Below the pieces are notes generated by a model. That model saw only the letters and a list, made by a program, of their open reading frames with translations. It ran no database searches and was not told where the DNA came from. Below are positions 27,126 through 41,800 of a stretch of DNA of 64,000 nt, in pieces; position 1 is the stretch's first letter; each line of letters opens with the position of its first letter. The position numbers were made by a program, and so were the translations under genes. Location of the stretch: NCBI GenBank assembly GCA_964247055.1, contig OZ176056.1, forward strand, positions 434,001 to 498,000, in the 5' to 3' direction. The stretch is from Paragordius varius. Taxonomy: Eukaryota > Animalia > Nematomorpha.

Positions 27126-30100
27126 TATTAAACCAGTCGTATCAATACTCAAGCTAAACATTGTCCTTAAAAATCGGATATTGGTCACCGGTGAACAAAA
27201 CTATTTTTTATACATTCTCTTAGTAAGACTACATCAAAATATAGAGATAGTTTGACAAACTCTTTCATATCCGATTTTTACAACGATACTTTAAAAATTA
27301 ATGTATAAAACTAGTCGTATCAATAAATCGCATCAATACTCAAGTTAAACTTTGTCCTTAAAAATCGGATATTGGTCACCGGTGAACATAATTATTTTTT
27401 ATACATTCTCTTAGTAGGACTACATCAAAATATAGAGATAGTTTGGCAAACTCTTTCATATCCGATTTTTACAACGATACTTTAAAAATTAATGTATAAA
27501 ACTAGTCGCATCAATACTCAAGTTAAACTTTGTCCTTAAAAATCGAATATTGGTCACCGGTGAACAAAATTATATTTTATACATTCTCTTAGTAAGACTA
27601 CATCAAAATATAGAGATAGTTTTACAAACTCTTTCATATCCGATTTTTACAACGATACTTTAAAAATTATGGTATTAAATCATTCGCATCAATACTCAAG
27701 TTAAACTTTGTCCTTAAAAATCGGATATTGGTCACCGGTGAACAAAATTATTTTATATACATTCTCTTAGTAAGACTACATCAAAATATAGAGATAGTTT
27801 GACAAACTCTTTCATATCCGATATTTACAACGATACTTTAAAAATTAATGTATAAAACTAGTCGCATCAATACTCAAGCTAAACATTGTCCTTAAAAATC
27901 GGATATTGGTAACCGGTGAACAAAACTATTTTTTTATACATTCTCTTATTAAGACTACATCAAAATATAGAGATAGTTTGACAAACTCTTTCATATCCGA
28001 TTTTTACAACGATACTTTATTAATGTATTAAATTAGTCGCATCAATACTCAAGCTAAACATTGTCCTTAAAAATCGGATATTGGTCACCGGTGAACAAAA
28101 CTATTTTTTATATATTCTCTTAGTAAGACTACATCAAAATATAGAGATAGTTTGACAAACTCTTTCATATCCGATTTGTACAACGATACTTTAAAAATTA
28201 TGGTATTAAACCAGTCGCATCAATACTCAAGTTAAACTTTGTCCTTAAAAATCGGATATTGGTCACCGGAGAACAAAATTATTTTTTATACATTCTCTTA
28301 GTAGGACTACATCAAAATATAGAGATAGTTTGGCAAACTGTTTCATATCCGATTTTTACAACGATACTTTAAAAATTAATGTATAAAACTAGTCGCATCA
28401 ATACTCAAGTTAAACTTTGTCCTTAAAAATCGAATATTGGTCACCGGTGAACAAAATTATTTTTTATACATTCTCTTAGTAAGACTACATCAAAATATAG
28501 AAATAGTTTGACAAACTCTTTCATATCCGATTTTTACAACGATACTTAAAAATTAATGTATTAAACTAGTCGCATCAATACTCAAGCTAAACATTGTCCT
28601 TAAAAATCGGATATTGGTCACCGGTGAACAAAACTATTTTTTATACATTCTCTTAGTAAGACTACATCAAAATATAGAGATAGTTTGACAAACTCTTTCA
28701 TATCCGATTTTTACAACGATACTTTAAAAATTAATGTATTAAATTAGTCGCATCAATACTCAAGTTAAACTTTGTCCTTAAAAACGGATATTGGCGGGTG
28801 AACAAAATTATTTTTTATACATTCTCTTAGTAAGACTACATCAAAATATAGAGATAGTTTGACAAACTCTTTCATATCCGATTTGTACAACGATACTTTA
28901 AAAATTATGGTATTAAACCATTCGCATCAATACTCAAGTTAAACTTTGTCCTTAAAAATCGGATTGGTCACCGGTGAACAAAATTATTTTATATACATTC
29001 TCTTAGTAAGACTACATCAAAATATAGAGATAATTTGACAAATTCTTTCATATCCGATTTTTACAACGATACTTTAAAAATTAATGTATAAAACTAGTCG
29101 TATATTTAAATCGCATCAATACTCAAGTTAAACTTTGTCCTTAAAAATCGGATATTGGTCTCCGGAGAACAAAATTATTTTTTACATTCTCTTAGTAGGA
29201 CTACATCAAAATATAGAGATAGTTTGGCAAACTGTTTCATATCCGATTTTTACAACGATACTTTAAAAATTAATGTATAAAACTAGTCGCATCAATACTC
29301 AAGTTAAACTTTGTCCTTAAAAATCGAATATTGGTCACCGGTGAACAAATTTTTTTTATACATTCTGTTAGTAAGACTACATCTAAATATATAAATAGTT
29401 TGACAAACTCTTTCATATCCGATTTTTACAACGATACTTAAAAATTAATGTATTAAACTAGTCGAATCAATACTCAAGCTAAACATTGTCCTTAAAAATC
29501 GGATATTGGTCACCGGTGAACAAAACTATTTTTTATACATTCTCTTAGTAAGACTACATCAAAATATAGAGATAGTTTGACAAACTCTTTCATATCCGAT
29601 TTTTACAACGATACTTTAAAAATTAATGTATTAAATTAGTCGCATAAATACTCAAGTTAAACTTTGTCCTTAAAAATCGGATATTGGTCACGGGTGAACA
29701 AAATTATTTTTTATACATTCTCTTAGTAAGACTACATCAAAATATAGAGATAGTTTGACAAACTCTTTCATATCCGATTTGTACAACGATACTTTAAAAA
29801 TTATGGTATTAAAATAGTCGCATCAATACTCAAGTTAAACTTTGTCCTTAAAAATCGGATTGATCACCCCTGAACAAAATTATTTTATATACATTCTCTT
29901 AGTAAGACTACATCAAAATATAGAGATAATTTGACAAATTCTTTCATATCCGATTTTTACAACGATACTTTAAAAATTAATGTATTAAATTAGTCGCATC
30001 AATACTCAAGTTAAACTTTGTCCTTAAAAATCGGATATTGGTCACGGGTGAACAAAATTATTTTTTATACATTCTCTTAGTAGGACTACATCAAAATATA

Positions 30101-30960
30101 GAGATAGTTTGGCAAACTGTTTCATATCCGATTTTTACAACGATACTTTAAAAATTAATGTATAAAACTAGTCGCATCAATACTCAAGTTAAACTTTGTC
30201 CTTAAAAATCGAATATTGGTCACCGGTGAACAAAATTTTTTTTTATACATTCTCTTAGTAAGACTACATCAAAATATATAAATAGTTTGACAAACTCTTT
30301 CATATCCGATTTTTACAACGATACTTAAAAATTAATGTATTAAACTAGTCGCATCAATACTCAAGCTAAACATTGTCCTTAAAAATCGGATATTGGTCAC
30401 CGGTGAACAAAACTATTTTTTATACATTCTCTTAGTAAGACTACATCAAAATATTGAGATAGTTTGAAACTCTTTCATATCCGATTTTTACAACGATACT
30501 TTAAAAATTATGGTATTAAACCACTCGCATCAATACTCAAGTTAAACTTTGTCCTTAAAAATCGGATATTGGTCACCGGTGAACAAAATAATTTTTTATA
30601 CATTCTCTTAGTAAGACTACATCAAAATATAGATATAGTTTGACAAACTCTTTCATATCCAATTTTTACAACGATACTTTTTTAAAATTATGGTATTAAA
30701 CCAGTCGCATCAATACTCAAGTTAAACTTTGTCCTTAAAAATCGGATATAGGTCACCGGTCAACAAAATTTTTTTTATACTCTTAGTAAGACTACATCAA
30801 AATATAGAGATAGTTTGACAAACTCTTTCATATCCGATTTTTACAACGATACTTTAAAAATTATGGTATTAAACCAGTCGCATCAATACTCAAGTTAAAC
30901 TTTGTCCTTAAAAATCGGATATTGGTCACCGGTGAACAAAACTATTTTTTATACATTTTC

Positions 30961-33536
30961 TTAGTAAGACTACATCAAAATATAGAGATAGTTTGACAAA
31001 CTCTTTCATATCCGATTTTTACAACGATACTTTAAAAATTAATGTATAAAACTAGTCGTATCAATAAATCGCATCAATACTCAAGTTAAGCTTTGTCCTT
31101 AAAAATCGGATATTGGTCACCGGTGAACAAAATTATTTTTTATACATTCTCTTAGTAGGACTACATCAAAATATAGAGATAGTTTGACAAACTCTTTCAT
31201 ATCCGATTTTTACAACGATACTTTAAAAATTAATGTATTAAACTAGTCGCATCAATACTCAAGTTAAACATTGTCCTTAAAAATCGGATATTGGTCACCG
31301 GTGAACAAAACTATTTTTTATACATCTTAGTAAGACTACATCAAAATATAGAGATAGTTTGACAAACTCTTTCATATCCGATTTTTACAACGATACTTTA
31401 AAAATTAATGTATAAAACTAGTCGTACAATAAATCGCATCAATACTCAAGTTAAACTTTGTCCTTAAAAATCGGATATTGGTCACCGGTGAACAAAATTA
31501 TTTTTTATACATTCTCTTAGTAGGACTACATCAAAATATAGAGATAGTTTGACAAACTCTTTCATATCCGATTTTTACAACGATACTTTAAAAATTAATG
31601 TATTAAACTAGTCGCATCAATACTCAAGTTAAACTTTGTCCTTAAAAATCGGATATTGGTCACGGGTGAACAAAATTATTTTTTATACATTCTCTTAGTA
31701 GGACTACATCAAAATATAGAGATAGTTTGGCAAACTGTTTCATATCCGATTTTTACAACGATACTTTAAAAATTAATGTATAAAACTAGTCGCATCAATA
31801 CTCAAGTTAAACTTTGTCCTTAAAAATCGAATATTGGTCACAGGTGAACAAAATTATTTTTTATACATTCTCTTAGTAAGACTACATCAAAATATAGAAA
31901 TAGTTTGACAAACTCTTTCATATCCGATTTTTACAACGATACTTAAAAATTAATGTATTAAACTAGTCGCATCAATACTCAAGCTAAACATTGTCCTTAA
32001 AAATCGGATATTGGTCACCGGTGAACAAATCTATTTTTTATACATTCTCTTAGTAAGACTACATCAAAATATAGAGATAGTTTGAAACTCTTTCATATCC
32101 GATTTTTACAACGATACTTTAAAAATTATGGTATTAAACCACTCGCATCAATACTCAAGTTAAACTTTGTCCTTAAAAATCGGATTGGTCACCGGTGAAC
32201 AAAATTATTTTATATACATTCTCTTAGTAAGACTACATCAAAATATAGAGATAGTTTGACAAACTCTTTCATATCCGATTTTTACAACGATACTTTAAAA
32301 ATTAATGTATAAAACTAGTCGTATCAATAAATCGCATCAATACTCAAGTTAAGCTTTGTCCTTAAAAATCGGATATTGGTCACCGGTGAACAAAATTATT
32401 TTTTATACATTCTCTTAGTAGGACTACATCAAAATATAGAGATAGTTTGACAAACTCTTTCATATCCGATTTTTACAACGATACTTTAAAAATTAATGTA
32501 TTAAACTAGTCGCATCAATACTCAAGTTAAACATTGTCCTTAAAAATCGGATATTGGTCACCGGTGAACAAAACTATTTTTTATACATCTTAGTAAGACT
32601 ACATCAAAATATAGAGATAGTTTGACAAACTCTTTCATATCCGATTTTTACAACGATACTTTAAAAATTAATGTATAAAACTAGTCGTACAATAAATCGC
32701 ATCAATACTCAAGTTAAACTTTGTCCTTAAAAATCGGATATTGGTCACCGGTGAACAAAATTATTTTTTATACATTCTCTTAGTAGGACTACATCAAAAT
32801 ATAGAGATAGTTTGACAAACTCTTTCATATCCGATTTTTACAACGATACTTTAAAAATTAATGTATTAAACTAGTCGCATCAATACTCAAGTTAAACTTT
32901 GTCCTTAAAAATCGGATATTGGTCACGGGTGAACAAAATTATTTTTTATACATTCTCTTAGTAGGACTACATCAAAATATAGAGATAGTTTGGCAAACTG
33001 TTTCATATCCGATTTTTACAACGATACTTTAAAAATTAATGTATAAAACTAGTCGCATCAATACTCAAGTTAAACTTTGTCCTTAAAAATCGAATATTGG
33101 TCACAGGTGAACAAAATTATTTTTTATACATTCTCTTAGTAAGACTACATCAAAATATATAAATAGTTTGACAAACTCTTTCATATCCGATTTTTACAAC
33201 GATACTTAAAAATTAATGTATTAAACTAGTCGCATCAATACTCAAGCTAAACATTGTCCTTAAAAATCGGATATTGGTCACCGGTGAACAAATCTATTTT
33301 TTATACATTCTCTTAGTAAGACTACATCAAAATATAGAGATAGTTTGAAACTCTTTCATATCCGATTTTTACAACGATACTTTAAAAATTATGGTATTAA
33401 ACCACTCGCATCAATACTCAAGTTAAACTTTGTCCTTAAAAATCGGATTGGTCACCGGTGAACAAAATTATTTTATATACATTCTCTTAGTAAGACTACA
33501 TCAAAATATAGAGATAGTTTGACAAACTCTTTCATA
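30961..33536. repeat. Local HOR, 1263-bp (7-monomer) period
   Basis: aagctt 31088/32351, with the same monomer order: catcttag deletion, gtcgtacaataaa insertion, cacggg, cacagg, aaatctat, gtttgaaac, ccactcg. Confidence 0.9.
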
Positions 33537-35886
33537 TTAGATTTTTACAACGATACTTTAAAAATTAATGTATAAAACCAGTCGCATCAATACTCAAGTT
33601 AAACTTTGTCCTTAAAAATCGGATATTGGTCACCGGTGAACAAAATAATTTTTTATACATTCTCTTAGTAAGACTACATCAAAATATAGCTATAGTTTGA
33701 CAAACTCTTTCATATCCGATTTTTACAACGATACTTTTTTAAAATTATGGTATTAAAACAGTCGCATCAATACTCAAGTTAAACTTTGTCCTTAAAAATC
33801 GGATATAGGTCACCGGTCAACAAAATTTTTTTTATACTCTTAGTAAGACTACATCAAAATATAGAGATAGTTTGACAAACTCTTTCATATCCGATTTTTA
33901 CAACGATACTTTAAAAATTATGGTATTAAACCAGTCGCATCAATACTCAAGTTAAACTTTGTCCTTAAAAATCGGATATTGGTCACCGGTGAACAAAATT
34001 ATTTTTTATACATTCTCTTAGTAGGACTACATCAAAATATAGAGATAGTTTGACAAACTCTTTCATATCCGATTTTTACAACGATACTTTAAAAATTAAT
34101 GTATTAAACTAGTCGCATCAATACTCAAGTTAAACTTTGTCCTTAAAAATCGGATATTGGTCACGGGTGAAGAAAATTATTTTTTATACATTCTCTTATT
34201 AAGACTACATCAAAATATAGAGATAATTTGACAAACTCTTTCATATCCGATTTTTACAACGATACTTTAAAAATTAATGTATAAAACTAGTCGTATCAAT
34301 AAATCGCATCAATACTCAAGTTAAACTTTGTCCTTGAAAATCGGATATTGGTCACCGGTGAACAAAATTATTTTTTATACATTCACTTAGTAGGACTACA
34401 TCAAAATATAGAGATAGTTTGGCAAACTGTTTCATATCCGATTTTTACAACGATACTTTAAAAATTAATGTATTAAACTAGTCGCATCAATACTCAAGTT
34501 AAACATTGTCCTTAAAAATCGGATATTGGTCACCGGTGAACAAAACTATTTTTTATACATCTTAGTAAGACTACATCAAAATATAGAGATAGTTTGACAA
34601 ACTCTTTCATATCCGATTTTTACAACGATACTTTAAAAATTAATGTATAAAACTAGTCGTACAATAAATCGCATCAATACTCAAGTTAAACTTTGTCCTT
34701 AAAAATCGGATATTGGTCACCGGTGAACAAAATTATTTTTTATACATTCTCTTAGTAGGACTACATCAAAATATAGAGATAGTTTGACAAACTCTTTCAT
34801 ATCCGATTTTTACAACGATACTTTAAAAATTAATGTATTAAACTAGTCGCATCAATACTCAAGTTAAACTTTGTCCTTAAAAATCGGATATTGGTCACGG
34901 GTGAACAAAATTATTTTTTATACATTCTCTTAGTAGGACTACATCAAAATATAGAGATAGTTTGGCAAACTGTTTCATATCCGATTTTTACAACGATACT
35001 TTAAAAATTAATGTATAAAACTAGTCGCATCAATACTCAAGTTAAACTTTGTCCTTAAAAATCGAATATTGGTCACAGGTGAACAAAATTATTTTTTATA
35101 CATTCTCTTAGTAAGACTACATCAAAATATAGAAATAGTTTGACAAACTCTTTCATATCCGATTTTTACAACGATACTTAAAAATTAATGTATTAAACTA
35201 GTCGCATCAATACTCAAGCTAAACATTGTCCTTAAAAATCGGATATTGGTCACCGGTGAACAAATCTATTTTTTATACATTCTCTTAGTAAGACTACATC
35301 AAAATATAGAGATAGTTTGAAACTCTTTCATATCCGATTTTTACAACGATACTTTAAAAATTATGGTATTAAACCACTCGCATCAATACTCAAGTTAAAC
35401 TTTGTCCTTAAAAATCGGATTGGTCACCGGTGAACAAAATTATTTTATATACATTCTCTTAGTAAGACTACATCAAAATATAGAGATAGTTTGACAAACT
35501 CTTTCATATCCGATTTTTACAACGATACTTTAAAAATTAATGTATAAAACTAGTCGTATCAATAAATCGCATCAATACTCAAGTTAAGCTTTGTCCTTAA
35601 AAATCGGATATTGGTCACCGGGGAACAAAATTATTTTTTATACATTCTCTTAGTAGGACTACATCAAAATATAGAGATAGTTTGACAAACTCTTTCATAT
35701 CCGATTTTTACAACGATACTTTAAAAATTAATGTATTAAACTAGTCGCATCAATACTCAAGTTAAACATTGTCCTTAAAAATCGGATATTGGTCACCGGT
35801 GAACAAAACTATTTTTTATACATCTTAGTAAGACTACATCAAAATATAGAGATAGTTTGACAAACTCTTTCATATCCGATTTTTAC

Positions 35887-38800
35887 AACGATACTTTAAA
35901 AATTAATGTATAAAACTAGTCGCATCAATACTCAAGTTAAACTTTGTCCTCAAAAATCGAATATTGGTCACCGGTGAACAAAATTATTTTTTATACATTC
36001 TCTTAGTAAGACTACATCAAAATATAGAAATAGTTTGACAAACTCTTTCATATCCGATTTTTACAACGATACTTAAAAATTAATGTATTAAACTAGTCGC
36101 ATCAATACTCAAGCTAAACATTGTCCTTAAAAATCGGATATTGGTCACCGGTGAACAAAACTATTTTTTATACATTCTCTTAGTAAGACTACATTAAAAT
36201 ATAGAGATAGTTTGAAAAACTCTTTCATATCCGATTTTTACAACGATACTTAAAAATTAATGTATTAAACTAGTCGCATCAATACTCAAGCTAAACATTG
36301 TCCTTAAAAATCGGATATTGGTCACCGGTAAACAAAACTATTTTTTATACATTCTCTTAGTAAGACTACATCAAAATATAGAGATAGTATGACAAACTCT
36401 TTCATATCCGATTTTTACAACGAAACTTTAAAAATTAATGTATTAAACTAGTCGCATCAATACTCAAGTTAAACTTTGTCCTTAAAAATCGGATATTGGT
36501 CACGGGTGAACAAAATTATTTTTTATACATTCTCTTATTAAGACTACATCAAAATATAGAGATAGTTTGACAAACTCTTTCTTATCCGATTTTTACAACG
36601 ATACTTTAAAAATTTGGTATTAAACCAGTCGCATCAATACTCAAGTTAAACTTTGTCCTTAAAAATCGGATATTGGTCACCGGTGCACAAATTTATTTTT
36701 TATACATTCTCTTAGTAAGACTACATCAAAATATAGAGATAGTTTGACAAACTCTTTCATATCCGATTTTTCAACGATACTTTAAAAATTAATGTATAAA
36801 ACTAGTCGCATCAATACTCAAGTTAAACTTTATCCTTAAAAATCAGATATTGGTCACCGGTGAACAAAATAATTTTTTATACATTCTCTTAGTAAGACTA
36901 CATATAAAAATATAGAGATAGTTTATAAACTCTTTCATATCCGATTTTTACAACGATACTTTAAAAATTATGGTATTAAACCAGTCGCATCAATACTCAA
37001 GTTAAACTTTGTCCTTAAAAATCGGATATTGGTCACCGGTGAACAAAATTATTTTTTATACATTCTCTTTGTAAGACTATATCAAAATATAGAAATAGTT
37101 TGACAAACTCTTTCATATCCGATTTTTACAACGATACTTTAAAAATTATGGTATTAAACCAGTCGCATCAATACTCAAGTTAAACTTTGTCCTTAAAAAT
37201 CGGATATTGGTCACCGGTGAACAAAACTATTTTTTATACATTCTCTTAGTAAGACTACATCAAAATATAGAGATAGTTTGACAAACTCTTTCATATCCGA
37301 TTTTTACAACGATACTTTAAAAATTAATGTATTAAATTAGTCGCATCAATACTCAAGTTAAACTTTGTCCTTAAAAATCGGATATTGGTCACCGGTGAAC
37401 AAAATTATTTTTTATACATTCTCTTAGTAGGACTACATCAAAATATAGAGATAGTTTGACAAACTGTTTCATATTTACAAACGTTACTTTAAAAATTAAT
37501 GTATAAAACTAGTCGCATCAATACTCAAGTTAAACTTTGTCCTTAAAAATCGAATATTGGTCACCGGTGAACAAAATTATTTTTTATACATTCTCTTAGT
37601 AAGACTACATTAAAATATAGAGATAGTTTGAAAAACTCTTTCATATCCGATTTTTACAACGATACTTTAAAAATTAATGTATTAAACTAGTCGCATCAAT
37701 ACTCAAGTTAAACTTTGTCCTTAAAAATCGGATATTGGTCACGGGTGAACAAAATTATTTTTTATACATTCTCTTAGTAAGACTACATCAAAATATAGAG
37801 ATAGTTTGACTAACTCTTTCATATCCGATTTTTACAACGATACTTTAAAAATTAATGTATTAAACTAGTCGCATCAATACTCAAGTTAAACTTTGTCCTT
37901 AAAAATCGGATATTGGTCACGGGTGAACAAAATTATTTTTTATACATTCTCTTAGTAAGACTACATCAAAATATAGAGATAGTTTGACTAACTCTTTCAT
38001 ATCCGATTTTTACAACGATACTTAAAAATTAATGTATTAAACTAGTCGCATCAATACTCAAGCTAAACATTGTCCTTAAAAATCGGATATTGGTCACCGG
38101 TGAACAAAATTATTTTTTATACATTCTCTTAGTAGGAGTACATCAAAATATAGAGATAGTTTGGCAAACTGTTTCATATCCGATTTTTACAACGATTCTT
38201 TAAAAATTAATGTATAAAACTAGTCGCATCAATACTCAAGTTAAACTTTGTTCTTAAAAATCGAATATTGGTCACCGGTGAACAAAATTATTTTTTATAC
38301 ATTCTCTTAGTAAGACTACATCAAAATATAGAAATAGTTTGACAAACTCTTTCATATCCGATTTTTACAACGATACTTAAAAATTAATGTATTAAACTAG
38401 TCGCATCAATACTCAAGCTAAACATTGTCCTTAAAAATCGGATATTGGTCACCGGTGAACAAAACTATTTTTTATACATTCTCTTAGTAAGACTACATCA
38501 AAATATAGAGATAGTTTGACTAACTCTTTCATATCCGATTTTTACAACGATACATTAAAAATTAATGTATTAAACTAGTCGCATCAATACTCAAGCTAAA
38601 CATTGTCCTTAAAAATCGGATATTGGTCACCGGTGAACAAAACTATTTTTTATATTCTCTTAGTAAGACTACATAAAAATATAGAGATAGTTTGAATAAC
38701 TCTTTCATATCCGATTTTTACAACGATACTTTAAAAATTAATGTATTAAACTAGTCGCATACTCAAGTTAAACTTTGTCCTTAAAAATCGGATATTGGTC

Positions 38801-41800
38801 ACGGGTGAACAAAATTATTTTTTATACATTCTCTTACTAAGACTACATCAAAATATAGAGATAGTTTGACTAACTCTTTCATATCCGATTTTTACAACGA
38901 TACTTAAAAATTAATGTATTAAACTAGTCGCATCAATACTCAAGCTAAACATTGTCCTTAAAAATCGGATATTGGTCACCGGTGAACAAAACTATTTTTT
39001 ATACATTCTCTTAGTAAGACTACATCAAAATATAGAGATAGTTTGACTAACTCTTTCATATCCGATTTTTACAACGATACATTAAAAATTAATGTATTAA
39101 ACTAGTCGCATCAATACTCAAGCTAAACATTGTCCTTAAAAATCGGATATTGGTCACCGGTGAACAAAACTATTTTTTATATTCTCTTAGTAAGACTACA
39201 TCAAAATATAGAGATAGTTTGAATAACTCTTTCATATCCGATTTTTACAACGATACTTTAAAAATTAATGTATAAAACTAGTCGCATCAATACTCAAGTT
39301 AAACTTTGTCCTTAAAAATCGAATATTGGTCACCGGTGAACAAAATTATTTTTTATACATTCTCTTAGTAAGACTACATCAAAATATAGAAATAGTTTGA
39401 CAAACTCTTTCATATCCGATTTTTACAACGATACTTAAAAATTAATGTATTAAACTAGTCGCATCAATACTCAAGCTAAACATTGTCCTTAAAAATCGGA
39501 TATTGGTCACCGGTGAACAAAACTCTTTTTTATACATTCTCTTAGTAAGACTACATCAAAATATAGAGATAGTTTGACTAACTCTTTCATATCCGATTTT
39601 TACAACGATACTTTAAAAATTAATGTATTAAACTAGTCGCATCAATACTCAAGTTAAACTTTGTCCTTAAAAATCGGATATTGGTCACGGGTGAACAAAA
39701 TTATTTTTTATACATTCTCTTAGTAAGACTACATCAAAATATAGAAATAGTTTGACAAACTCTTTCATATGCGATTTTTACAACGATACTTAAAAATTAA
39801 TGTATTAACCTAGTCGCATCAATACTCAAGCTAAACATTGTCCTTAAAAATCGGATATTGGTCACCGGTGAACAAAACTATTTTTTATACATTCTCTTAG
39901 TAAGACTACATCAAAATATAGAGATATTTTGAAAAACTCTTTAGTATCCGATTTTTACAACGATACTTTAAAAATTAATGTATTAAACTAGTCGCATCAA
40001 TACTCAAGTTAAACTTTGTCCTTAAAAATCGGATATTGGTCACGGGTGAACAAAATTATTTTTTATACATTCTCTTAGTAAGACTACATCAAAATATAGA
40101 GATAGTTTGACTAACTCTTTCATATCCGATTTTTACAACGATACTTAAAAATTAATGTATTAAACTAGTCGCATCAATACTCAAGCTAAACATTGTCCTT
40201 AAAAATCGGATATTGGTCACCGGTGAACAAAATTATTTTTTATACATTCTCTTAGTAGGACTACATCAAAATATAGAGATAGTTTGGCAAACTGTTTCAT
40301 ATCCGATTTTTACAACGATACTTTAAAAATTAATGTATAAAACTAGTCGCATCAATACTCAAGTTAAACTTTGTCCTTAAAAATCGAATATTGGTCACCG
40401 GTGAACAAAATTATTTTTTATACATTCTCTTAGTAAGACTACATCAAAATATAGAAATAGTTTGACAAACTCTTTCATATCCGATTTTTACAACGATACT
40501 TAAAAATTAATGTATTAAACTAGTCGCATCAATACTCAAGCTAAACATTGTCCTTAAAAATCGGATATTGGTCACCGGTGAACAAAACTATTTTATATAC
40601 ATTCTCTTAGTAAGACTACATCAAAATATAGAGATAGTTTGACTAACTCTTTCATATCCGATTTTTACAACGATACTTTAAAAATTAATCTATTAAACTA
40701 GTCGCATCAATACTCAAGCTAAACATTGTCCTTAAAAATCGGATATTGGTCACCGGTGAACAAAACTATTTTTTATACATTCTCTTAGTAAGACTACATC
40801 AAAATATAGAGATAGTTTGAAAAACTCTTTCATATCCGATTTTTACAACGATACTTAAAAATTAAAGTATTAAACTAGTCGCATCAATACTCAAGCTAAA
40901 CATTGTCCTTAAAAATCGGATATTGGTCACGGGTGAACAAAATTATTTTTTATACATTCTCTTAGTAGGACTACATCAAAATATAGAGATAGTTTGGCAA
41001 ACTGTTTCATATCCGATTTTTACAACGATACTTTAAAAATTAATGTATAAAACTAGTCGCATCAATACTCAAGTTAAACTTTGTCCTTAAAAATCGAATA
41101 TTGGTCACCGGTGAACAAAATTATTTTTTATACATTCTCTTAGTAAGACTACATCAAAATATAGAGATAGTTTGACTAACTCTTTCATATCCGATTTTTA
41201 CAACGATACTTTAAAAATTAATGTATTAAACTAGTCGCATCAATACTCAAGTTAAACTTTGTCCTTAAAAATCGGATATTGGTCACGGGTGAACAAAATT
41301 ATTTTTTATACATTCTCTTAGTAAGACTACATCAAAATATAGAAATAGTTTGACAAACTCTTTCATATGCGATTTTTACAACGATACTTAAAAATTAATG
41401 TATTAACCTAGTCGCATCAATACTCAAGCTAAACATTGTCCTTAAAAATCGGATATTGGTCACCGGTGAACAAAACTATTTTTTATACATTCTCTTAGTA
41501 AGACTACATCAAAATATAGAGATATTTTGAAAAACTCTTTAGTATCCGATTTTTACAACGATACTTTAAAAATTAATGTATTAAACTAGTCGCATCAATA
41601 CTCAAGTTAAACTTTGTCCTTAAAAATCGGATATTGGTCACGGGTGAACAAAATTATTTTTTATACATTCTCTTAGTAAGACTACATCAAAATATAGAGA
41701 TAGTTTGACTAACTCTTTCATATCCGATTTTTACAACGATACTTAAAAATTAATGTATTAAACTAGTCGCATCAATACTCAAGCTAAACATTGTCCTTAA

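Larger units (their letters stand above)
17844..35922. repeat. Copy 1 of an ~18-kb (~101-monomer) tandem segmental duplication within the array
   Basis: Rare variants recur downstream at fixed offsets: cctcaaaaatcga 17906/35949 (+18043), cgaaac 18378/36421 (+18043), ttagtaggag 19921/38129 (+18208), ttggcgggtg 28791/46995 (+18204), tgatcacccc 29861/48065 (+18204), ccggggaac 35618/53822 (+18204). Confidence 0.93.
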
